Shown piece after piece: positions 24,789 to 32,000 of a stretch of 32,000 nucleotides of DNA. The translations under genes and the position numbers were made by a program. Under the pieces are notes generated by a model. That model was not told the origin of the DNA and made no database searches. It saw only the letters and a program-made list of their open reading frames with translations. Each line of letters starts with the position of its first letter. Position 1 is the first letter of the stretch. Source of the DNA: Halothermothrix orenii H 168 (GTDB lineage Bacteria; Bacillota; Halanaerobiia; Halanaerobiales; Halothermotrichaceae); NCBI RefSeq assembly GCF_000020485.1, contig NC_011899.1, positions 651,937 to 683,936 on the forward strand. The letters are read 5' to 3'.

Positions 24789-26144
24789 ATGGCAATGTTT
24801 AATAAAGTATTAATAGCAAACAGGGGAGAAATTGCTGTCAGGATTATCAGAGCCCTTAAAGAATTACAGATACCGTCTGTTGCAGTTTATTCTGAAGCTG
24901 ATCGTGAATCCTTACATGTAAAACTGGCAGATGAGGCCTATTGTATTGGGCCCGCCAGTTCAAGTGAAAGTTATCTGAATATACCGAGCATCATGAGTGT
25001 AGCTGAAGTAACAGGGGCTGATGCTATTCACCCCGGTTATGGATTTTTATCAGAAAATGCCCATTTTGCTGAGGTTTGTGAAAGCAGTGGTATTAAGTTT
25101 ATTGGACCAAATTCCGGTGTGATCAGTTTAATGGGTGATAAGGCCAAAGCCAGGGAAACAATGAAAAAGGCAGGAGTGCCTGTAGTACCGGGCACAGAAG
25201 ATGGGCTTGACAATGTTGATAAAACCCTTGAGGTTGCGGAGGAAATAGGTTATCCTGTAATTATAAAAGCTGCTGCAGGTGGTGGTGGAAAGGGGATGCG
25301 GATTGCTCAAAATCCCCGTGATTTAAAGAAATCTATTCAGACCGCCCAGAGTGAAGCCAGAGCTGCTTTCGGAGATGCAACAGTTTACCTGGAAAAATAT
25401 GTTGAAGAACCGAGGCATATTGAATTTCAGATACTGGCTGATGAGCATGGTAATGTAATTCATCTGGGAGAAAGGGACTGTTCTATTCAGAGAAGACACC
25501 AGAAAATACTGGAGGAAGCCCCGTCTCCTGTTCTTTCTGGAGAACTCAGGCAGAAGATAGGTGAGGCTGCAGTTAAAGCAGCCCGGGCTGTAAACTATAC
25601 CAATGCTGGAACTGTAGAATTTTTACTGGATAAATATAATAATTTTTATTTTATTGAAATGAATACCAGAATCCAGGTCGAACATCCTATTACTGAACTT
25701 GTAACGGGTATTGACCTTATAAAAGAACAGATATTAATTGCAGCCGGGAGAGAACTGGAATATAAACAGGATGAGATAACAATTACAGGTTCAGCAATTG
25801 AATGCAGGATAAATGCTGAAGACCCGGATTATAATTTTAGACCTTCACCAGGCAAAGTGGAAACTTATATTGTTCCGGGTGGACCTGGAGTTAGGCTTGA
25901 TAGTGGGGTATACCCCGGGTATTATATTACACCTTTTTATGACTCTATGGTCGCCAAATTAATTGTCTGGGATGAAAACAGGGAAGAGGCCATTAAAAGG
26001 ATGGAAAGGGCCTTAAAGGAGTTTACAGTTGAAGGTGTTAAAACAACAATACCATTCCACTTAAAAATTTTAAATAATGCCTTTTTCCGTAAAGGTGAGT
26101 ATTATACAAACTTTATTCAGAGAAGAATCTTATCAGAAGGGTAG
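24789..26144 (+). CDS. accC: Acetyl-CoA carboxylase biotin carboxylase subunit
   Basis: '[17 protein letters not shown]', '[10 protein letters not shown]', '[17 protein letters not shown]', '[12 protein letters not shown]', '[16 protein letters not shown]'. Possible starts are GTG at 24783, ATG at 24789 and ATG at 24795. Confidence 0.96.
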   Translation: MAMFNKVLIANRGEIAVRIIRALKELQIPSVAVYSEADRESLHVKLADEAYCIGPASSSESYLNIPSIMSVAEVTGADAIHPGYGFLSENAHFAEVCESSGIKFIGPNSGVISLMGDKAKARETMKKAGVPVVPGTEDGLDNVDKTLEVAEEIGYPVIIKAAAGGGGKGMRIAQNPRDLKKSIQTAQSEARAAFGDATVYLEKYVEEPRHIEFQILADEHGNVIHLGERDCSIQRRHQKILEEAPSPVLSGELRQKIGEAAVKAARAVNYTNAGTVEFLLDKYNNFYFIEMNTRIQVEHPITELVTGIDLIKEQILIAAGRELEYKQDEITITGSAIECRINAEDPDYNFRPSPGKVETYIVPGGPGVRLDSGVYPGYYITPFYDSMVAKLIVWDENREEAIKRMERALKEFTVEGVKTTIPFHLKILNNAFFRKGEYYTNFIQRRILSEG

Positions 26145-26156
26145 GAGGGGTAAAAA

Positions 26157-26555
26157 ATGGTTGAGAAAGAAAGTTTGGGTTCAATTAAAATTGCCAATGA
26201 AGTGGTAGCAATTATTGCTGGTCTGGCTGCGACTGAAGTTGATGGTGTTGCTGGCATGAGTGGTAATATTGCCGGTGGAATTGCTGAAATGCTGGGTCGA
26301 AAAAATCTATCCAAGGGTGTTAAGGTTGAAGTTGGTGAAAAAGAGTGTGCGGTAGACCTTTTTGTGATAGTTGATTATGGTACTTCAATTTCTGAGGTGG
26401 CCTGGGAAATCCAGAATAATGTTAAACAGGCTATTGAGAGTATGACTGGCCTGAAAATTGTAGAAATTAATGTTCATGTTCAGGAAGTTCATTTTGCTGA
26501 GGAAACTGAAGAAGAGGAAGAATTAGAAGAAGTAGAAGAAACAAGGGTCAAGTAA
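26157..26555 (+). CDS. Asp23/Gls24-family alkaline-shock/envelope-stress protein (B. subtilis YqhY position)
   Basis: 'IKIANEVVAIIAGLAATEVDGVAGM', 'KGVKVEVGEKECAVDLFVIVDYGTSISEVAWEIQNNVKQAIESMTGLKIVEINVHV', and an acidic tail. Confidence 0.88.
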   Translation: MVEKESLGSIKIANEVVAIIAGLAATEVDGVAGMSGNIAGGIAEMLGRKNLSKGVKVEVGEKECAVDLFVIVDYGTSISEVAWEIQNNVKQAIESMTGLKIVEINVHVQEVHFAEETEEEEELEEVEETRVK

Positions 26556-26610
26556 AGCTTGGCCCTTTTCAACAATATTTTTCACGAAAAAAGTCTGGAG
26601 GGAAATTAAA

Positions 26611-27147
26611 GTGAACCTATTTTACAGGTTTGTAGTTTTTGTAATCACTGTTATATTTATGTTCTGTAGCCTGCTTATGGGCCTGTATAGTTTTGGACTG
26701 GGTCAGGAAAAATTATTATCAGGGGTAGTATTATCCCTGTATAATAACTGGCAGGCAGGCATTTTGTTCATTATTGCCTTTCTGGCCGGTGCCTGGGTTA
26801 TTTATCCTATATTTAATCTGGGTCGTGAGCGGGAAACTACCCTGATCAGTGCTGGGGAACTGGGTAATGTAAATATTACATTAGATGCCCTGGACAAACT
26901 TGTGAGAAAAGTAGCTGCCCAGCAGGAAGGTGTGACCAGGGTTTCAACGAAACTTAAAACCCTTGAAAATGAATTACATATTTTCCTGAACGTGAAGGTT
27001 AAACCTGACAGACCATTACCTCAGTTAACAAAAGACCTTCAAAATATCGTTAAATCTTATATTGAAGATACAACAGGTGTCAATATTAATGAAGTTAAGG
27101 TCTTGGTTGATAGCATTGGTGACGAAACTAAGACCGAAGAAGATTGA
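26611..27147 (+). CDS. amaP: AmaP-like membrane anchor protein of the Asp23 system
   Basis: Two N-terminal TM segments, then an Asp23-like half-domain 'NITLDALDKLVRKVAAQQEGVTRVSTKLK...LHIFLNVKV...LTKDLQNIVKSYIEDTTGVNINEVKVLVDSI'. It lies between the Asp23-family gene and the DUF2273-like ORF, the same gene set as the S. aureus asp23 operon. Confidence 0.7.
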   Translation: MNLFYRFVVFVITVIFMFCSLLMGLYSFGLGQEKLLSGVVLSLYNNWQAGILFIIAFLAGAWVIYPIFNLGRERETTLISAGELGNVNITLDALDKLVRKVAAQQEGVTRVSTKLKTLENELHIFLNVKVKPDRPLPQLTKDLQNIVKSYIEDTTGVNINEVKVLVDSIGDETKTEED

Positions 27148-27158
27148 GGTGTATTGAA

Positions 27159-27395
27159 ATGGCAGACAGGGATGTATGGCGTGAGCTTTCATAACTGGTT
27201 TCCAGAAATAAAGGTAAGATACTCGGTGGCCTGGTTGGTTTTTTAATTGGTATTTTGATATTAGTTCTGGGATTGTTTAAAACCATCCTCTTATTTATCT
27301 GTACTGTACTGGGGTATTATATTGGTTCCAGATGGGATATAGATGGGGATTTAAAAAAATTACTTGACAGGTTATTACCACCGAAAAATAGATAA
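27159..27395 (+). pseudogene. DUF2273-like small membrane protein gene interrupted by an in-frame TAA at codon 12 (27192-27194)
   Basis: SD GAGGTG at 27146-27151, then ATG at 27159: MADRDVWRELS-TAA-LVSRNKGKILGGLVGFLIGILILVLGLFKTILLFICTVLGYYIGSRWDIDGDLKKLLDRLLPPKNR*. The frame is the same on both sides of the stop. No ATG/GTG/TTG follows the stop until the TTG at 27255, inside the first TM. Confidence 0.55.
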
Positions 27396-27519
27396 CAGGG
27401 ATAGAATTGGATTTAAACATGTTGTCAAGTGAGTTGCCATTAAGTTATACCAGAGAATATAAAATAATGGGATAAGCTGTTAATATATAAGAAAATAAAT
27501 GAGGTAAGGAGTATCTAAA

Positions 27520-27924
27520 ATGAAGATAACACGACACCAGGAGAGGGTCTGGGCTTTACAGATTTTATATAGTTTAGATATTTCCAGTGAATTAAATATA
27601 CAAAAGGCCAGAAAAACCTGTCGGGAATTTAAATATAAAAAGGTACTCGATAAAAAGCGGTATTATTTTGAAGATATTGTTGAGGGAGTCATAAATTCCC
27701 GGCAGGATCTTGATTCTATCATTAATAAATATGCTATCGACTGGGATGTTGAAAGGATGGCCTGTATTGATCGTAATATATTACGGATAGCTTTATATGA
27801 AATTGAATCAGGTCTACCGGTGGGAGTAGCTATTGATGAAGCCGTGGAAATTGCCAAGGATTTTGGTGACAGTAATTCTCCGAAATTTATAAATGGTATT
27901 CTCGCAAAAAGTATCGAGGATTGA
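27520..27924 (+). CDS. nusB: Transcription antitermination factor NusB
   Basis: 'RHQERVWALQILYSLD', 'DRNILRIALYEI', 'VAIDEAVEIAKDFGDSNSPKFINGILAK'. Confidence 0.95.
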   Translation: MKITRHQERVWALQILYSLDISSELNIQKARKTCREFKYKKVLDKKRYYFEDIVEGVINSRQDLDSIINKYAIDWDVERMACIDRNILRIALYEIESGLPVGVAIDEAVEIAKDFGDSNSPKFINGILAKSIED

Positions 27925-27925
27925 C

Positions 27926-27954
27926 TTGACATTTGACCAAACATCAGGTATTAT
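27926..27954 (+). promoter_or_regulatory. Sigma-70/SigA-type promoter for the hydrogenase operon
   Basis: Perfect -35 TTGACA (27926-27931), a 17-nt spacer, and -10 TATTAT (27949-27954). A second perfect TATAAT at 27965-27970 has no matching -35. Confidence 0.65.
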
Positions 27955-27968
27955 AATTATAGGGTATA

Positions 27969-27986
27969 ATGTTAATAATTTCACAA
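27969..27986 (+). promoter_or_regulatory. Rex-like operator 1 (just downstream of the predicted transcription start)
   Basis: ATGTTAA-TAAT-TTCACAA against the consensus TTGTGAA-N4-TTCACAA (Clostridial variant TTGTTAA-N4-TTAACAA). The right half matches 7/7 and the left half 5/7 (6/7 against the TTGTTAA variant). Confidence 0.6.
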
Positions 27987-28135
27987 ATGTCTGACAATTC
28001 CAACGAAAAGGTAATATTTCCGGGTGTATTAATGATAAGGTTGATATTGCCAGAGTCTAATAATAGTTTTAATGGTGCCTGTAGGAGGCTGAAAGAAGAA
28101 GATTCTGTTAGTAGTATTTTTATTTTTAATTAGTT

Positions 28136-28153
28136 GTGTGAAATAATTCACTT
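28136..28153 (+). promoter_or_regulatory. Rex-like operator 2 (18 nt upstream of the hydC-type start codon)
   Basis: GTGTGAA-ATAA-TTCACTT against TTGTGAA-N4-TTCACAA. The left half matches 6/7 and the right half 5/7. Confidence 0.5.
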
Positions 28154-28170
28154 CAAAGGGGGAATTTATA

Positions 28171-28659
28171 ATGGCTGTTAAGGAATTTGAAAATTGTAAA
28201 GACAGGTATTTAAAAAAGCTTGATGAGATTATATTGAAGTATAAGGATAAGCCCGGTCCTTTGATTCCGGTTTTACATGAAGCCCAGGAGCTTTATGGTT
28301 ACCTTCCTGAAGAGGTTCAGAGTTATATAGCTGAAGGCCTGGGAGTCCCTGTAAGTAAAGTTTCAGGCGTTGTTAGTTTCTACTCATTCTTTACAACAAA
28401 ACCCAAGGGCGAGCATACTATCAACGTATGTATGGGTACTGCCTGTTATGTTAAGGGTGCTGAAGAAATTCTTAACAGGTTAAAAGAAGAACTCGGTATT
28501 GAAGAGGGAGAAACCAGTGAAGATGGTAAGTTTACGATGGTAGGTATGAGATGTCTTGGTGCCTGTAGTTTAGCCCCGGTTGTAACAATTGATGACAAGG
28601 TTTATGGAAAAGTAACGCCCGAAAAAATGATGGAGATTATTGAATCCTATCGTAAATAA
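28171..28659 (+). CDS. hydC: NuoE-like [2Fe-2S] subunit of a multimeric [FeFe]-hydrogenase (HydC/HndA type)
   Basis: Thioredoxin-like ferredoxin cysteines 'INVCMGTACYVKG' and 'GMRCLGACSLAPVV', plus 'PLIPVLHEAQELYGYLP'. Confidence 0.88.
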   Translation: MAVKEFENCKDRYLKKLDEIILKYKDKPGPLIPVLHEAQELYGYLPEEVQSYIAEGLGVPVSKVSGVVSFYSFFTTKPKGEHTINVCMGTACYVKGAEEILNRLKEELGIEEGETSEDGKFTMVGMRCLGACSLAPVVTIDDKVYGKVTPEKMMEIIESYRK

Positions 28660-28728
28660 TATATTTTTTGATGTGATAAATATATCTTTCACAAACTTAA
28701 TAATATCTGTTTTTAAGGAGGAAAATCG

Positions 28729-30513
28729 ATGAAGAAATATACGATATGCGTCTGTGGGGGAACCGGATGTTTATCGTCCGAAAGTGAAGACGTTAAAAAT
28801 GAGTTTATTACCCTGATAGAAAAAGAAGGTTTAACAGAACAGGTTACTGTTAAAGAGACAGGTTGTATGGGAACCTGTGATCTTGGTCCGGTAGCTTTAA
28901 TTGACCCGGACAATGTTTTTTATTGTAAGCTTAAACCAGAGGATGTTTCTGATATTATTAATTCCCATATTAAACAGGGGAGTATAGTAGAACGTCTGGT
29001 ATTCGGTTATGATAAAGATAATCCCATAAGTGAACATGATGATATTCCCTTCTTTAAAGGGCAGAAAAAAATTGCCTTAAGGAATACCGGGGTAATTGAT
29101 CCCGATAATATTGAAGATTATTTATCCCATGACGGATATAAGGCCCTGGAGAAAGTCTTAACTGAAATGTCTCCAGAGGAAGTAATTGAAGAAATAAAAG
29201 AATCAGGATTAAGGGGCCGTGGTGGTGGCGGTTTCCCGACAGGATTAAAATGGCAATTTACCGCCCAGTCTGAAGGAGAACAAAAATATATAGTCTGTAA
29301 TGCAGATGAAGGTGACCCTGGTGCCTTTATGGATAGAAGTATACTGGAGGGGGATCCTCACAGTATAATTGAAGCTATGGCTATTGCCGGTTATGCTGTA
29401 GGAGCCAATCAGGGTTATGTCTATGTCCGGGCAGAGTACCCTCTGGCTGTAAAGAGGATGGAAAAGGCTATATCTGATGCCAGGGAAAATGGATTTATTG
29501 GAAATAATATATTTGATACTAATTTTAAGTTTGACCTGGAGATTAGAGTTGGGGCCGGTGCTTTTGTTTGTGGTGAAGAAACGGCTCTTATGGCTTCCAT
29601 TGAAGGTGAAAGGGGAGAACCACGTCCCAAGCCACCATTTCCGGCCCAGTCTGGTTTATGGGGAAAACCAACCCTTATTAATAATGTAGAGACCTATGCC
29701 AATATACCGGTTATTATTTTAAAGGGGGCTAAATGGTTTAACCATATTGGTACTGAAAAAAGTAAAGGTACTAAAGTGTTTGCTGTAGCCGGTGATATTA
29801 ATACTACCGGGCTTGTTGAAGTTCCGATGGGTACTACCCTAAGAGAGATAATTTTTGATATTTGTGGAGGAATACCGGAAGGCAAGAAGTTTAAAGCAGC
29901 CCAGACCGGGGGACCATCCGGGGGTTGTATCCCCAGGGAACACCTTGATATCAGTATGGATTATGATTCCCTGATTGAAATTGGCTCAATGATGGGATCC
30001 GGTGGATTAATCGTTATGGATGAAAATACCTGTATGGTTGACGTTGCCAGGTTTTTTCTCGATTTTACCCAGGATGAATCATGTGGCAAGTGTGTCCCCT
30101 GTCGGATTGGAACCAAAAGGATGCTTGAAATATTAGAAAGAATTACAAAAGGTCAGGGAGAACCTGGAGATATTGAAAAGTTAGAGAAACTGGGTAAATA
30201 TATAAAAGAAAATGCCCTGTGTGGTCTGGGGCAAACTGCCCCTAATCCTGTCCTGAGTACAATTAAGTACTTCAGGGATGAATATGAAGCCCATATTAAA
30301 GATAAAAATTGTCCGGCCGGAAGTTGTCGCAATTTAACCAGGTATAAAATTATAGCCGAAGAATGCCGTAACTGTGGTCTATGTGCTAAAGTCTGCCCGG
30401 TTGATGCTATTACCAAAGAAGAAGAGGCCCATGTAATCGATCTGGATAAATGTATTAAGTGTGGGTCCTGTCTTGATAAATGTCCATTTAATGCTGTTCA
30501 GAAAGGAGCGTAA
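28729..30513 (+). CDS. hydB: NuoF-like NAD(P)H/FMN/Fe-S subunit of a multimeric [FeFe]-hydrogenase (HydB/HndC type)
   Basis: N-terminal extra [2Fe-2S] Trx-like domain ('CVCGGTGC','GCMGTCDLGP'). FMN/NADH motifs 'GLRGRGGGGFPTGLKW' and 'YIVCNADEGDPGAFMDR'. N3-type 'ESCGKCVPCRIG...CGLG'. C-terminal 2x[4Fe-4S] 'CRNCGLCAKVCP' and 'CIKCGSCLDKCP'. Confidence 0.92.
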   Translation: MKKYTICVCGGTGCLSSESEDVKNEFITLIEKEGLTEQVTVKETGCMGTCDLGPVALIDPDNVFYCKLKPEDVSDIINSHIKQGSIVERLVFGYDKDNPISEHDDIPFFKGQKKIALRNTGVIDPDNIEDYLSHDGYKALEKVLTEMSPEEVIEEIKESGLRGRGGGGFPTGLKWQFTAQSEGEQKYIVCNADEGDPGAFMDRSILEGDPHSIIEAMAIAGYAVGANQGYVYVRAEYPLAVKRMEKAISDARENGFIGNNIFDTNFKFDLEIRVGAGAFVCGEETALMASIEGERGEPRPKPPFPAQSGLWGKPTLINNVETYANIPVIILKGAKWFNHIGTEKSKGTKVFAVAGDINTTGLVEVPMGTTLREIIFDICGGIPEGKKFKAAQTGGPSGGCIPREHLDISMDYDSLIEIGSMMGSGGLIVMDENTCMVDVARFFLDFTQDESCGKCVPCRIGTKRMLEILERITKGQGEPGDIEKLEKLGKYIKENALCGLGQTAPNPVLSTIKYFRDEYEAHIKDKNCPAGSCRNLTRYKIIAEECRNCGLCAKVCPVDAITKEEEAHVIDLDKCIKCGSCLDKCPFNAVQKGA

Positions 30514-30518
30514 TTGAA

Positions 30519-32000
30519 ATGTCTGATAAAGTAAATATAACATTAGATGGTAAAAGTTTAACTGTAGATAAAGATAAAACTATTCTGGAAGTAGCCCGGG
30601 AAGCCGGGATTAAGATTCCTACCCTCTGTTACCTGGAAGAAATTAATGAAATTGGTAGCTGCAGGGTCTGTGTAGTGGAAGTGAATGGAAAAATACAGCC
30701 TGCCTGCGTTACTCCGGTAAGTGAAGGCCTGGAAATCACAACAACTTCACCCAGGATTCGTGAAGCCAGGAGGATATCCCTCGAGTTAATAATTTCAGAC
30801 CATCCTATGGAATGTTTGACCTGTAGTCGGAATGGAAATTGTGAACTCCAGAGACTGGCAGAGGACTTTGGAATAAGTGAGATAACTTATGAGGGTGAAC
30901 AGTCACATTTTGAACCTGATCTTTCATCACCTTCAATTGTCAGGGATCCCGATAAATGTATTTTATGCCGGCGTTGTGTTAGTGTCTGTGAACAGGTTCA
31001 GGGGGTTGCTGCCTTAACTCCCAATGAAAGGGGATTTTCTACCATAATTACCCCTGCCTTTGGTCAAAAACTGGGTGAAATAGCATGTGCTAACTGTGGT
31101 CAGTGTATAAATGCGTGTCCAGTTGGAGCCCTTTCTGAAAAGGATGACACCGAAAAGGTCTGGGAAGCCCTGGCTAATCCCGATAAACATGTAGTGGTCC
31201 AGACAGCACCTGCTGTCAGGGTATCGATTGGTGAAGTATTTGGAATGAAACCCGGTAGTCTGGTAACAGGAAAACTGATGGCTGGTTTAAGACGGCTTGG
31301 TTTTGATAAGGTTTTTGATACCAACTTTACTGCTGACTTGACCATAATGGAAGAAGGTCATGAATTAATTGAAAGACTGAAAAACAATGAAAGGCTACCG
31401 TTGATTACTTCCTGTAGTCCGGGCTGGATTAAGTTTATTGAACACTTCTACCCAAGTTACCTTGAGCATATCTCAAGCTGTAAATCTCCTCAACAGATGT
31501 TTGGGGCCCTTGCCAAAACTTATTACCCTGAAAATAATGGTATAGACCCGGAAGATGTATTTGTAGTTTCGGTTATGCCCTGTACTGCTAAAAAATTCGA
31601 AATAACAAGACCCGGTATGGATAGTAGTGGGTATCAGGACGTAGATGTGGTTCTTACCACAAGGGAGCTGGCAAAAATGTTTAAACAGGCCGGGATTGAC
31701 TTTGTGAATCTCCCTGATGAAGAATATGATAAACCCCTCGGTATTTCGACTGGTGCCGGTACTATTTTTGGAACAACAGGTGGCGTTATGGAAGCAGCCT
31801 TAAGAACTGCCTATGAGGTATTAACAGGGGAGGAATTACCCGGTCTGGAATTTGAGGATGTAAGGGGTTTAGAGGGGATTAAGGAATGTGAAATTGAAAT
31901 TAACGGTCAGAAAATAAAAGTTGCCGTAGCTCATGGACTTTCCAATGCTCATAAGGTACTTCAAAATATAGACGACTATCATTTTATTGAAATTATGGCC
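30519..32000 (+). CDS. hydA: [FeFe]-hydrogenase catalytic subunit (HydA, M3-type), 3' end cut by window edge
   Basis: Not in the ORF track because there is no stop in the window; translated by hand from ATG at 30519. It has an N-terminal plant-type [2Fe-2S] ('CYLEEINEIGSCRVCVVEV'), a His-ligated cluster ('HPMECLTCSRNGNC') and 2x[4Fe-4S] ('CILCRRCVSVC','CANCGQCINACP'). H-domain motifs are L1 'TSCSPGW' (31407-31427) and L2 'MPCTAKKFE' (31575-31601). The window ends at 'EIMA', the beginning of L3. Confidence 0.92.
   Translation, partial: MSDKVNITLDGKSLTVDKDKTILEVAREAGIKIPTLCYLEEINEIGSCRVCVVEVNGKIQPACVTPVSEGLEITTTSPRIREARRISLELIISDHPMECLTCSRNGNCELQRLAEDFGISEITYEGEQSHFEPDLSSPSIVRDPDKCILCRRCVSVCEQVQGVAALTPNERGFSTIITPAFGQKLGEIACANCGQCINACPVGALSEKDDTEKVWEALANPDKHVVVQTAPAVRVSIGEVFGMKPGSLVTGKLMAGLRRLGFDKVFDTNFTADLTIMEEGHELIERLKNNERLPLITSCSPGWIKFIEHFYPSYLEHISSCKSPQQMFGALAKTYYPENNGIDPEDVFVVSVMPCTAKKFEITRPGMDSSGYQDVDVVLTTRELAKMFKQAGIDFVNLPDEEYDKPLGISTGAGTIFGTTGGVMEAALRTAYEVLTGEELPGLEFEDVRGLEGIKECEIEINGQKIKVAVAHGLSNAHKVLQNIDDYHFIEIMA

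Noticed and set aside
28672-28694. TGTGA-N12-TCACA(A) in the hydC-hydB gap, considered as a third Rex or a CRP/FNR-type site.
   Set aside because: The right half TTCACAA is perfect, but the half-site spacing fits neither Rex (N4 between 7-mers) nor CRP/FNR (TGTGA-N6-TCACA).
1-32000. A search for tRNA, rRNA, CRISPR arrays, IS elements, integrases, toxin-antitoxin pairs or defence systems.
   Set aside because: I saw no cloverleaf-like or rRNA-like stretches, no repeat-spacer periodicity, no transposase or recombinase motifs, and no unexplained gene-sized gaps. All intergenic regions are under 450 nt and AT-rich.

Overview
This is a low-GC window with every gene but one on the plus strand. It probably comes from a spore-forming Firmicute that also has an outer membrane, such as Halanaerobiales or Negativicutes. 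That is inference only, from an outer-membrane secretin and a full spoIIIA operon 6 kb apart plus very acidic, halophile-like proteins. No database search was possible.

Contents in order:
1. 1-12.85 kb: a type IV pilus (T4P) assembly locus. It holds pilC (5' end cut by the window), a major pilin, the prepilin peptidase, a 429-aa PilX-N-like protein, two giant prepilin-signal proteins (520 and 587 aa), pilM, pilN, pilO, a PilP/GspC-like protein, and a roughly 880-aa secretin ending in an acidic tether plus two LysM domains.
2. 12.86-17.2 kb: aroC-aroK-aroB-aroQ and an M24 Xaa-Pro peptidase, following the secretin with no visible break.
3. efp, sfsA, and one small minus-strand membrane ORF that the ORF track missed.
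4. 19.0-24.1 kb: spoIIIAA to spoIIIAH.
5. accB-accC, then an Asp23-family gene, amaP, a DUF2273-like gene interrupted by an in-frame TAA, and nusB.
6. 27.9-32 kb: a strong promoter, two Rex-like operators, and a NuoE-like/NuoF-like/[FeFe]-hydrogenase operon. hydA runs off the window.

I saw no tRNA, rRNA, CRISPR, IS or phage genes.

The best candidate for something undescribed is the pilus locus:
- a prepilin fused to a BNR/Asp-box beta-propeller;
- a second giant prepilin with an Ig-like C-terminus;
- a Cys-free pilin with an EF-hand-like loop;
- a secretin tethered to peptidoglycan-binding LysM domains;
- the proteobacterial pilMNOPQ-aroKB linkage joined to the Bacillus-type aroQ-papA-efp-spoIIIA-accBC-nusB neighbourhood.

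All domain calls come from motif reading by eye and need HMM or structure confirmation.
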